Of a stretch of DNA of 64,000 nt, positions 22,499 to 33,751 are shown piece after piece. Made by a program: the position numbers and the translations under genes. The stretch comes from Macrostomum lignano (lineage: Eukaryota): the NCBI GenBank assembly GCA_002269645.1, contig NIVC01001551.1, forward strand, positions 1 through 64,000. Reading direction: 5' to 3'. The notes below the pieces were generated by a model that did not search any database, had not been told where the DNA came from, and saw only the letters and a program-made list of their open reading frames with translations. The stretch's first letter is position 1. Every line of letters starts with the position of its first letter.

Positions 22499-24054
22499 CA
22501 GCAACAGGAGGGTAGAGGGATAGTTCAGAATGGACTATCCATGGCGACGGACTTACCACCAAGCGAATTAGCAGACGAAAATGTACATGTATGAGGACGA
22601 GTTTGATTACGAGACCTACCATGGAGAAGATCTACGACGCTATCAATATTTTGAGATGAACTACGAGTATTACTGTCCGCCAAATGGGATTATCAAGCAA
22701 GTTGAGTTAAGTCATAAAGAGACATCAAACTATTGAATAACAATGACACAAAACGCCTGCAGTAGAAAACAGTTTAGAAAGACAAAGTTATTACACGTGA
22801 AGCAAAGTTATAGTATAAATGCCCATTCCACGTGCAAGTACCTTTAAGTGGGATTGCCTGGTCTCGACTAACACTGCGATCGAAGCGAGACAGTTTGCCT
22901 GACTAAGGGTATAGTTAGTAGAACCCTTGTGTGTCGTGTGACTGAACTTAGGCAGTAGTAAGGCACTAGGCCTTTAGATTAGCGGTGGGACATAGGCGTG
23001 AAAAGTGGACGCCAAGACGACAGCCCTAGCAAGAAAATCAACACTATCGCGAAGGAGCATAACTCAAATCAAATGACGTGATGAGGATATCCAGCACTGA
23101 TCAAGACGCCATCATTTTCAGACCAGGAGTGGTCTGCGTTTCAACAAGGGGCGGATATGAGCCATAAGAAAATGCTCATAAGTCTAGGAACGGGGATAGG
23201 CTAGGTCACCTGGTCGTGTCACCTGGTCGAGTCACCTGGCGAGGCTGGACGGCAACGAGAGGACCCAATGTGAGCCTGGAGCGAGGGGACCAAAGTTATG
23301 AAGTAGGCCCCAACGTTGCGGACGCTAGCCTTTGTCTAAGACACCCAACGTAGCTCGGCTCGCACCATCAGCAGCAGCAGCATCAACGATCTCAGCAGTA
23401 TGCAACAATCAGCCGATCGGCTCAGGACAGCAAGACCAGTTCAGCAGGAGTTCATTGTGCTTCCCAACGCTCAATTGTTTGCACGAGTGAAAGTTAGAAA
23501 AGTTTAGCCGGCTGAAATTGGCTTGCACTAAGAACATCTGAACGTCTGGCTCTCACGAAAACTGCTGAGATCAGCGCCCAAAATTGCGACATCGATACAG
23601 CTGCAACACTGGTGGAGCCGCCGAATGACGCACAACGGCGCTGTCCGATTTCGCTGTTCACATGAAACTGGCACGCAGGCATCCAAACTTTCGCACCAAA
23701 AAAAATAATTCCCAGACTTTCTTGCAATTGCGTTGATCTAGAACTCTTTTGCTACAATTGCTATTGGTTTGAAATAACGCTGACTGAGGCAAATTTTGTT
23801 GTATAAATATAAGTGCGGAAAAGTAGAAATGGGCCAACTTGCGAGCGAGCAAACTGGCTGCCTAACAACTATCGTTCGAACAAAAACTTGTGTTCTAAAC
23901 TTTCGATTGAACAGTAAAGCCAGTAAAGTTGAAAGGCTAATTGAAATCAAAAGGAGGCGCAAGCAAACATATTTAGCCGCTTAACTCGACAGGCGCGTAA
24001 CCTCCTATAACATCCGACCTTTAAGATAAAAGTACGAGTACGAATATAAGCCCA

Positions 24055-24155
24055 GGAGAGATGGAATCTTGTCAGTCAATTTATGTGCGCACTAATTAGA
24101 TGACAAGACATTTTCATAAATTTAAAGAGTCATAGTTACTCCCGCCGTTTACCTT
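24055..24155 (-). rRNA. Second degenerate 28S rRNA fragment (helix 69-71 region); not a functional gene
   Basis: agagtcatagttactcccgccgtttacc (24126-24153) matches conserved LSU antisense; similarity continues through actaattagatgac to ggaatct. Confidence 0.88.
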
Positions 24156-24251
24156 GCACTTTTTGCTTATATTCGGAAACATTCGGATTTTTTTTGTACA
24201 TTCAGATTCGGTTTCGGAAACTTGCAAAAATCCACATTCGGTCCATCACTA

Positions 24252-24470
24252 GTTTATCAAGTGCAATAATTCTTGGTTTATAAAGTGCAGTAATCATTGG
24301 CTTATCAAGTGCAATAATCATTGGATCATCAAGTGCAGTAATCCTTGGCTTATCAAGTACCTGGTACAATAATCCTTAGCTTATCAAGTGCAATAATCAT
24401 TGGCTTATCAAGTGCAATAATCCTTGGTTTATCAAGTGCAATAATACTTGGTTTATCAAGGGCCATAATC
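24252..24470. repeat. 24-bp minisatellite, right part
   Basis: Same unit as 17930-18411. Confidence 0.93.
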
Positions 24471-24589
24471 CAGGTCTTTTTAATTAGTCCTTTAATAAAA
24501 ACTTTCAATTAAAAAAAATATACTACTTTCATTTACACTACTAAGATTTGAACCTAGGTTGCTGTATTAGTAGTCTAGTGTGTTCATAT

Positions 24590-24750
24590 TATATGACAAT
24601 TTTACACGAATAAGGTGATTTTTAAAAGTGAAGGAATTGGTTCTTAAGAAAATATGCTTTTTTAATTTTTTTCTATGAACTATTTTTGCTCCTTGCTTAT
24701 TGGACACCCTGAAGGGGGCCACACTAGATTGCTTAGATTGCTAGTTTATA
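24590..24750. repeat. Right arm of inverted repeat pair (partner 17225-17390)
   Basis: See left arm. Confidence 0.75.
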
Positions 24751-25179
24751 CCCTGAAATTTAGATTTGCACCCACTTTTTGGCACTAGATGCAACTTGTG
24801 CATCTGCATTTTTTTAAATCAAGATGCATGCAAATCATTTTTTAGCAAAAGTTACAAACAAAACATCATGTATAAATATATTGTTTCAATACTTTTCTGA
24901 AACTTCATTGAAAACTTTCTCTAAATTTAGACCTAGATGCAAGTTGCATCCTGGTTTTCATATTTGCATTTATTTTTTAAGCTTAAGATGCAAGCTTACA
25001 TCCATATTTTATCTTTTTATTTCATTCAAAACTTATTTTAAATTATTATTAGTTTCAAACAAAATTAATTTTATCTTTGATATAAATATATTAAGTATAA
25101 CCTATAAAATAATAAATAAGTAAATAATTTTTTAGCAAACTATGACAATTATTTCAGCCATTTATTAAAATGGCCTAGC

Positions 25180-25683
25180 CCCCCACTCCCGAATCTTACA
25201 TATACGCCGGAAAATTCCGGCGTACAGTAGACCTGAAAATATGCTTGGTGTATAACATCCGGCGTAACACAACAGCTATGCCAATTGTGCGCCACTGCGC
25301 CGGCATATTGGTGTCTAGCGTAGATGTCTGGCGTGGCAGTAGACGTATAAAATGAGGTATTCGCCTATTGTATGTTCAATTGACATACAAAAAACATTTA
25401 AAAATGTTTTTACAAACAAAATGTTAAAACAAAATACAAAACAAAAAACACTATACCATAGTTACTATTTATTTATTCCTAGATTTTTGTGTTTATTAAA
25501 GTAAAAGGTAATTTTACTCAAAAAGAAAAGGGACCTAAAATTTGAATTTCAATTTGGCATAACGTTGCAATTTTGTTGCGGCGTACATATCATGTACAAA
25601 ATTTTTTTCTGGCGAAAACTTAAATTTATGGCGTAAAGGGTCATTTTTTCTGGCGTACCATATAACAGATTCGAGAGTGTGGG
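25180..25683. mobile_element. MITE with CCC...GGG ends
   Basis: cccccactcccgaatct vs reverse complement cccacactctcgaatct; cctagc on both flanks; internal tacgccgg/ggcgta motifs. Confidence 0.65.
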
Positions 25684-25711
25684 CCTAGCCTAAAAATATA
25701 AAATTAAAAGC

Positions 25712-25983
25712 AATGGCTAGAGTTCCAGCACCAGAACCCATTTTCTAATGGCTATAGATTCTAGTAGTGCAGTTTATGGGTACAATATAGCAGAAACATT
25801 TACTTTTTAACAGGTGGTTGATATTGGGATTTTGTTCAAGATAATAGATAAGATCAAAATGAAATGATGATATTCAAAATAAGATACTTCTAATGTTCAG
25901 ACTTTATCAGATAACTGCCTGCAGAAGACTGCCAGATCTATAGCCATTAGAGAACAGGTTCTGGTGCTGGAACTTTAGCCATT
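25712..25983. mobile_element. 272-bp MITE with about 48-bp TIRs
   Basis: aatggctagagttccagcaccagaaccc...ggctatagat and its reverse complement; no clear TSD. Confidence 0.75.
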
Positions 25984-26087
25984 ACCAAAATTAAAATTTA
26001 TAAGTGGCAGTCATTTAAAATGGCAATCTTTTACTTTATTGCATTTAATTATTTTTCACTTTTTTTCTCATTTCAGCCAACTTACTA

Positions 26088-26530
26088 ATGGCTAGAAGGC
26101 CTTTTGCGCCCACTACGATTGTGCCCAAGGCCAATCTAAGGCCAGCAGCCAAGCTATGCGACATTGATGTCAAGCTACATGAGCTTGTGCTGTTGACATC
26201 TAACAGCCAGCAAACTATTCACTGGCTGGCCACTTACGGGCTACTGCGAAATTCTTGGGCATATGAACGATGCCTTGAGGCTCCAGCCATGCGGCTACAG
26301 AGGCGGGATGGAGCCCAATTTGTTGATGGCTATGCCTGGGCATGTCCGACCTGCAGGATGCAGAAAAGCATCATAAAGGGCAGCTTTTTTGAGGGCACCC
26401 ACCTCATCATCACCTAGCTAGTGGATTTGGTATACCACTGGATGCATGGCATGCTGCTTCACTAAGTTGAATGGGAGTGTCACATCTTGAGCAGGACTGC
26501 CACGGACTGGTTCAACTTCTTCAACCATTA
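26088..26530 (+). pseudogene. Merlin (IS1016/ISXO2-like) transposase N-terminal fragment
   Basis: C..APAMRL...DGYAWACPTCR..KSIIKGSFFEGTHL then, past stops, LVDLVYHW...TATDWFNF; in-frame stops and truncation. Confidence 0.75.
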
Positions 26531-26692
26531 AAAAAATTAAATGCAGTAAAGTAAAAGATTGCCTTTAAAACAATATATTATTTTAAATTAATTTTCTTCT
26601 TAAAGCTAGCTAGCTTTTTTAATGATCTATTAGTATCATTCCAGGCATAGCAATGTCATGAATGAAAAAGTTAGGTTGTTACTTGTAATTAC

Positions 26693-26858
26693 CTTTGTTT
26701 ACAACTTCCCATGCAACTTCAAAAACCCATCTTTTCTGGTAGTTTTGGAGGGCATCATTTCCTTCCAAGTAAAAAAGCTCAAATTCTGTATCATTTTCCG
26801 ATGTCAGACGAAACATTGAAGATCGTCTCTTCAACCCAACTCCAGAACTAAACGCCAT
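26693..26858 (-). CDS. GYS: Glycogen synthase exon 1 (first coding)
   Basis: ATG GCG TTT: MAFSSGVGLKRRSSMFRL...RWVFEVAWEVVNK G|gtaatt; joins exon 2 to give the FEVAWEV.NKVGGIY signature. Below the ORF-track cutoff. Confidence 0.93.
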
Positions 26859-28409
26859 TATGCTTGTGGCGTTGATCGATTCTTAGATAAAATAAAACGA
26901 GACTGATAGTGATATATATTTTCTATAGAAAATGGTAAATCTAGACCGTACAATTTGTAGGGGCCTATAGAAAAGCACTAGTAAAATTTATTTATGCCAA
27001 GAAACTAGAGTTTAGAGGAATAGTTTCGCTCCTAAAATTGTTTCGATAATACTGCGTTGAGATCAAAAGAATGTCAAATGTTACATACAAAGCGTCTGTC
27101 AGTCTTGCGTTCCCTCAGCCTGTGACGAGACGAGACGACGGTCAGCTTAAAATGTAAATTTAAGTTTTAAAGTAGCGCTATTACAACACATTATGACAAA
27201 AAAAGTAAAAATAAATTAAACTTACGTGAAAAAGCTTAATGCTCAATTTTATACTCAAAATAAATTTCTATAGCTTCGTACAGTACACAAAATTTAACGG
27301 CCATTAATGGAACGTCACGTTTGAAAGGAACTGCATGTAAATAGATTTTAATTCTTACCACGGCAGCCCGTTTACTTTACCCGTTTTTACCTTTATTCTT
27401 GCTGCTTGATAAGGAAAATTTATACTAGTTTCTGAGTGTACCTTAGACCTCAGCCACTGCTATAAGTATCTTTAAAACAGTATGCGTGGATGGTTAGGCA
27501 CTAAGCCCGTATCTTTTTTACAAAACCATTATCTACATGCATTAAAAAGTTCTACATCATGTCACTATTAGACTTATTAAGACTGATACTTGCCCATCGA
27601 ATAATATAAATGTCTTTTCTAGCGAGAGCTAAGATTGATTCTCATTTGCGTTTTTATACCAAAAGAAATCCCAATGATAAAAAATCAAATAATGTACGGT
27701 TTAAGAGCATATTTATAAAAATTGACATAAACACTTGTTGATTGGAGCATATTTCTAATAATATCGAATACCGCTACCTTTGCGGTAAAAGTCAACTTAA
27801 AAGCGCTAGCGTGTATTGAGAAAAGTAAATTGATTTTTCCGTTGGCCTTAGTAGATCAAATTTAGTACTATAGAATGCCACACCGTAAATGCGACAAGTC
27901 TATTGAGCACGCATGTTATACTTTTTATAAAAATAAAAATACAGGTAAAATTAATACGAAAAAATAATTAGAAAAGCAATGAAAAATACACTGGTACCAG
28001 TAGACGCCGTAAATACAAAAGCCGAAATTAAAGCATAAATATATTATATAATGCTTTAGAAAGCGCACTAATAAGTTAATCAAACTATAAAAAGTGGAAA
28101 TGAAGAGTTGAGAAAATAAAGTTTTTAAGGTAGTAAAAGCTCTTAACTAAACATTTTAGACCTACACTTACGGACACAAGTTTAAAACCTAAATTTCGAA
28201 TGTATGCTTTAGATCATACATATATTTGTGCATTTATATTACGGAAATAGTACGCAAAAAACAGAAAAAATACAGCTCTGTTGTTAACAAAACAGAAAGC
28301 GCACGCCTCATAGCAGCCTACTTTAAGCAGTAATTACAGTGTCAAATTAAAAAACAAATGCAAAAATGATCAAGTCAGCGTAAATTACCGGTTCACTAAG
28401 CTGACTTAA

Positions 28410-28911
28410 CTAAGCGTAACTCGGCGACTTTAAAGATGCCTGCAGTCGTCGAATTTGATCGTCAATGCGGGCGAGGCCGAGGCGGAAGTCCCGATCGTCA
28501 GCGTCCTCGGCATCGGTTTTGCCTGCGGCAATTGTTGCAGCAGATTTCTCAGCCTGCGGCGGCGGCTTGCAAACGTCAAGTGTCGGAGGTGAAGGCTGCA
28601 CAGATTCAATCGGCCGCTGTTGCTGATGACGCTGCCCGGCTGCTAATGGCGACGGCAAAACCGTGTAGGTCTTTGGCTGGCTTGGATGGGGGACCTCAGC
28701 AGCGCAAGAGCAGCCGGTACTCATTGAAACGTCACAGTCGGTGGTGGCATCGTCGGCTTCCGTGGCGTCGTCGTCTTTGTCGGTGAAGCCGGCGTCGCTA
28801 GCGGCAATCTTGGAGGCGGCCGCTACGGCGGCGGCAGCGGCGGCGCTGGGAGATTCGACGCCAAACTCGCTGGACGCCTTGGCTATGTAGCCCAGACTGC
28901 GGTTAATGCGC
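28410..28911 (-). CDS. Uncharacterised coiled-coil protein, last exon
   Basis: aatccag|G CGC ATT AAC: RINRSLGYIAK...DFRLGLARIDDQIRRLQASLKSPSYA-stop; phase 2 matches the upstream donor. Confidence 0.8.
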
Positions 28912-29019
28912 CTGGATTTGAATGATGATTGAATATCGATTTTAGATCGCCATAGGGGGTTTCACACTAGTGATAAGAAGCTAATGAAAATAAATTCTGT
29001 AGCATTCTTTCGATTAGTT

Positions 29020-29084
29020 CTGTTTGTCTGTCTGTCTTAGTGTCTGTCTGTCTTAGTGTCTGTCTATCTGTCTGTCTGTATTAG

Positions 29085-29151
<67 letters not shown>

Positions 29152-29156
29152 ATTAG

Positions 29157-29189
<33 letters not shown>

Positions 29190-29412
29190 TAGTGTCTGTC
29201 TATCTGTCTGTCTGTATTAGTGTCTGTCTGTCTGTCTTAGTGTCTGTCTATCTGTCTGTCTGTCTTAGCGTCTGTCTTAGTGTCTTAGTGTCTGTCTTAG
29301 TGTCTGTCTATCTGTCTGTCTGTCTTAGCGTCTATCTATCTGTCTGTCAGTCTGTCTTAGCGTCCGTCTGCCTGTCTCTCGTAGTGTCTTAGTGTCTGTC
29401 TGTCTGTCCGTC
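29020..29412. repeat. Imperfect (TCTG)n intronic microsatellite
   Basis: Direct reading. Confidence 0.93.
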
Positions 29413-29484
29413 TATTTTTTTACTGGAATTAAGCTCCGGTTAAACGGTTTTTCATCGCTAATATCCAATACAAAAGCTACTCAC

Positions 29485-30643
29485 CGCATCTTCTCTTGAC
29501 AGGCGCGCAACTGCAGGTCGCGCTCGCCAAGCGCGCTAGCCAGCCGGCGCGTCTCTTTCTCAAGAGCGTCGGCTCGCGCTTCGGCGCAAGCGCGCGCCTC
29601 CCGTTCCCTATCGGCTTCGGCGCGAAGTCGAGCCTCCCGACGTAGAGCGTCGTGCCGCAGGCGCATCAGCTCGTTCTCGCGGGCGCACAGCTCGGCTAGG
29701 CGAGCCTCGGCCTCGGCTCGGCTGCGCTCCAGCGCCGACTCGGTGGATTCCAGGCGGGCGAGCAGTTCCTGCGATGACTGGCAGCCGCCCACGGTGCATT
29801 TGGCCTGACTATCTCCTGCGGCATCGCTGATGACCTTGACAGCCGGTTGAGGCTGAGACTGACGATGGCGAGACTTTACCGGGTTGCCATGGCGACAAAC
29901 TGACCGACGCTGATGCTGGTGCCGATGCTGGTGCTCGCGGTCAGTGTCGCGAACCGGGCACTCCGAGCCAGTGGGAATGATTGGCAAACTGGCTGCTAGA
30001 GGTTCCGTTTGCTGTTGCTGCCCATTAGCAACCGTTGCTATGGCGTTTTTCGGTTCGGGACGAAGAGTCTGAGCAAATTGATGTTGCTCATCGTTAGCAA
30101 CCGTTGCTATGGCGTTTTTCGGTTCGGGACGAAGAGTCTGAGCAAATTGATGTTGCTCAACGTTAGCAACCGTTGCTATGGGCTTTTTCGATTCGGGGCG
30201 AAGAGTCTGAGCAAATTGATGATGTTGCTCATCGTTAGCAACCGTTGCTATGGGCTTTTTTAAACCTGGGCGGAGAGTCTGAGCAAACTGATGTTGCTGC
30301 TGCTGCTTGGGTACCGTAGGCTCCGGGCGAAGAGTCTGGCCAGACTGCCGCTGCTGCTGGTTGGCAACGGTTGCTAAGGTCGCCGTGGATTCCAAACGAT
30401 GATTTTGACTATGCCGCTCTTGCTGTTGCTTTTGATTAGCAGCCGTCCAATTTGGTTTCGTCGATTCAAACAGCGGAGAATTGCCGAATTCATAACTGTA
30501 ATCATACTGCTTTTGGTTGGCAACGGTTGCTAGGGACGCTACCGGTTTTGAGTAAACAGTCTGAGCAAACTCGCGATGCTGTTTAAGAGGCGGCTGAGAC
30601 TGCTGTCTTGGCTGTTGACCCGGCTGAGGCTGGGCTGCAGAAT
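29485..30643 (-). CDS. Coiled-coil protein, large exon with 22-aa repeats and an E/R/A-rich coiled coil
   Basis: ttgcag|AT TCT GCA..., open to ...ACQEKM CG|gtgagt; repeats IATVANDEQHQFAQTLRPEPKN; heptad-like ELLARLESTESALERSRAEAEARLAEL. Confidence 0.82.
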
Positions 30644-31089
30644 CTGCAATGAAATATATCAGTTGGTTAAAGCAAATGACCTGAGTAAAAATACAAATAC
30701 AAGGTCTATCTTTTCATACGGGGCCTAGCAAACAGAAACTTTCAATGCTAATCTTGCCTGAACCGACTTTGAATACTCAAAAATCACGAATCAATCAATT
30801 GAAATTCATCGACCAAAACACAAAGGAATTAAACATTAAACTGCTAAAATATTTTTTGGGTTAAAACAGAACGGAGCAAAGAAGAGAAAAAGTCATACTC
30901 ATTTGCTTGTAGCTTGGCAGGCTGTAAGCTATTAAATGGGATTATGAAACTTAATTTTGCTTGTTAGTTTAATAATGCACCGCTAAAATATCTATATGTT
31001 ATTCTATATGAATAAATAATTCATATGTTATTCATTGGTAGTTACTTTGCTGATAATGAAAAGAGCAACGATACAACACATGCGACAGA

Positions 31090-31775
31090 AGGGGGGCAGA
31101 GGCCCGACAAAAGGGGGCAGAGACCAGACAGAAGGGGACAAAGACCCTAACAGAAGGGAACAAAGACCTAACAGAAGGGAACAAAGACCTAACAGAAGGG
31201 AACAAAGACCTAACAGAAGGGAACAAAGACCTAACAGAAGGGAACAAAGACCTAACAGAAGGGGACAAAGACCTAACAGAAGGGAACAAAGACCTAACAG
31301 AAGGGGACAAAGACCTAACAGAAGGGAACAAAGACCTAACAGAAGGGAACAAAGACCTAACAGAAGGGAACAAAGACCTAACATAAGGGGACAAAGACCG
31401 TAACAGGAGACAGAGGGAGGGCAGAGGCCAGACAGAAGAGGCAGAGGCCTAACAAAAAGGGACAAAGACCTAACAGAAGGAGACAGAGAACTAACAGAAG
31501 GGGACAGAGACCTAACAGAAGGGAACAAAGACCTAACAGGAGACAGAGGGAGGGCAGAGGCCAGACAGAAGAGGCAGAGGCCTAACAAAAGGGGACAAAG
31601 ACCTAACAGAAGGAGACAGAGAACTAACAGAAGGGGACAGAGACCTAACAGAAGGGAACAAAGACCTAACAGGAGACAGAGGGAGGGCAGAGGCCAGACA
31701 GAAGATTCAGAGGCCTAACAAAAGGGGACAAAGACGTAACAGAAGGAGACAGAGGCCCGACAGAAGGGGACAGGG
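31090..31775. repeat. 21-bp intronic minisatellite (aacagaagggaacaaagacct)
   Basis: Homogeneous block followed by higher-order variants. Confidence 0.93.
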
Positions 31776-31875
31776 GCCCAACAACAGTGCAGTCACTAAT
31801 TTTTTTAAGCTAAAGCTAATATTAGCAAAATCATAATTCAGATGGGTGATAAAGAAAACAAGCGGGCAAACTCAC

Positions 31876-31944
31876 TGGAAGCTTCGGCAGCAGATCTGGC
31901 AGACAGGGTGCTCTGGTCCAGCTTGTCAATATCTTCATCCTCAG
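31876..31944 (-). CDS. Coiled-coil protein, internal exon
   Basis: ccacag|CT GAG GAT GAA...TCC A|gtgagt = EDEDIDKLDQSTLSARSAAEAS; phase 1-1. Confidence 0.75.
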
Positions 31945-32405
31945 CTGTGGGTTGGAATATTGAGAGTAGCAGAAAGCAGTTCCAACAGATTTTAGTATCA
32001 ATTAAGCATTTATTTTAAATCTACCTTGACTTTTATGCTATTTTATAGATAAGCACATAATGGTCATCAATAAGTATCTTATTAAAAACTAATGTTATTT
32101 ACATAATATATGTTGCTTCGCAAAATTTTTGCATTAGAAAATCAACTACTGTTAGAATACATACTACTCATGCTATAGTTAGGGAAATAAGTACTTAAAA
32201 AGCCTATCAAACCGAATTTTTTACCATTAACAAGGTCAAGAAGAGACAGTCGAAGAACTTCAATAATGTAGTTATAGAAAATCACTAGATCAGAATTTTG
32301 ATTTATATAATAATACAATTTATTGCCAAATAAATTAACTTACTGTAAGTAGCATTACTAATAAATACTGCAAACATGCAAAAAATAGGATAAATAATAA
32401 CTCAC

Positions 32406-32538
32406 AACTACTTGTCATTATATCAGCAAGAAGCTGACTGCAGCCCTTCAGTTGGCCAGTTGTTTTTCCGGCTGCTGGCTTGCTGCTTGATGATTGCTGC
32501 TGCTGCTGTTGTTGTTTTTGCTTCTGTTCCTCCAAGGC
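32406..32538 (-). CDS. Coiled-coil protein, poly-Q exon
   Basis: tgctag|ALEEQKQKQQQQQQQSSSS...DIMTSS T|gtgagt; phase 0-1. Confidence 0.72.
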
Positions 32539-32644
32539 CTAGCAAACAAGGAGGAAATTTTTGTTGCTATCAGCTCAGCCTAACAATAAATTAGCCCACA
32601 GAAAGCATTAACAGAGACAAAAAATACTGGGATCTACTACTCAC

Positions 32645-32771
32645 TGTCAAATTTACATAGTAGTAACCTGTTGACTCAGAAGCATAGCCTGGCCCAGAGC
32701 CCGCTGCACGCTGTTGGCCAGTTCTAACTGGAGTGCTTGAGGCCTTGCGGTGATGACTCATTGAGCAGAGG
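32645..32771 (-). CDS. Coiled-coil protein, most 5' exon found (ATG at 32761)
   Basis: ttgcag|CCTCTGCTCA ATG: MSHHRKASS...YYYVNLT|gtgagt, phase 0 into the next exon; further upstream exons are possible. Confidence 0.6.
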
Positions 32772-33418
32772 CTGCAATAAGGAATAGAAATATAATATGC
32801 ACATTCTACTAGTAGATTTCTATACTTTAGAATCATGTTTATGTATCATCTTTTGAGACTTAAGTTTAAAAAACACAAACAAAAAATAGCAAAACCCTCA
32901 TAATTATAAAAATTTGAAGAGTATTTTAGTAATCTGCAGATGTTATAAAAAATTGTTTGCCTAATTCCATAATATCATATGTACTATTATTTTAATTTGA
33001 TTTTAAAAACAAAAAAATTAATAAAATATATTACTTTTAAAATTTATAGAAATAACTTGCTTATCATATCATATAGGCCTACAGCATATATTTTATATAT
33101 TAATAACTCTGTTGGCAAAATATATTACGTTCTATTTGGCTAAGTAAAAAAGCCAAGACTATTTACATATTACACTAGACTTGGCCTAAAATAAAATGTT
33201 ATAAACAATTTCTCTACCCATAGGACTGCCTATTTAGGCTATTCAGTAATTTATAAGTTGACAAGTGACAATCTATTTGTTGAAACCTATAAACCAAGTT
33301 TTCTATAACTGTTATAATATTCATTGTTACACTAAACAAAAACTACAAATACTCAGCTGAGAAAAATAATCAAACATGCAAAATTAAATGATTACTAAAC
33401 TATATATATTATTTAGTC

Positions 33419-33751
33419 TAGGGATTGGCAATCTTTTTTATGTGGGCTAGATTGGAAGATTAGGCTAATACAGCGGGCCAAAAGAAAAAATATGCAACAA
33501 ATATAGGCTATAAATGACAAGTTTAAATGATTAGAGCATGGATCAAATATGACAAACAATCCTACAATTAAAACTGACATCTGGTCCATGATAGAGTAAA
33601 AGCTAATTTTACTTCTAAAGCTAAATATTTCAATATAAAATTAATTTGTAGGCTACTTTTCTATTGTTAAATAGTAAAAGTGCTGTAGGCCAGACTTGAA
33701 GGTATTGCAGGCCAGATCTGGCCCACATAGGCTAGAGTTTGCTGACCTTAG
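33419..33751. mobile_element. Old Charlie-like hAT MITE
   Basis: Ends tagggattggcaatc / gtttgctgaccttag resemble CAGGGGTCGGCAA; internal cagcgggcc and ggccagatctggccc; flanks atttagtc / atttagtt. Confidence 0.65.

Larger units (their letters stand above)
20731..23608 (+). mobile_element. Rearranged Gypsy-type LTR element B (truncated LTR 20731-20895, full LTR 23156-23608)
   Basis: 165 bp apparently identical between 20731 and 23156; PPT aaggggcgga before 23156; LTR ends gcaaca, followed by PBS-like tggtggagccgccg at 23610; integrase C-terminus inside. Confidence 0.85.
18412..24251. mobile_element. Non-autonomous hAT-type DNA transposon carrying nested insertions
   Basis: TIRs tagtgatggatccgaat / attcggtccatcacta; 8-bp TSD gtttttca (18404-18411) vs gtttatca (24252-24259); ttcggattcgg/ccgaatccgaa subterminal motifs. 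Confidence 0.85.

Noticed and set aside
32668-32742. Alternative frame QLELANSVQRALGQAMLLSQQ with a gttact donor
   Set aside because: The gtgagt donor at 32644 with the MSHH frame is stronger; this one is kept only as a possibility.
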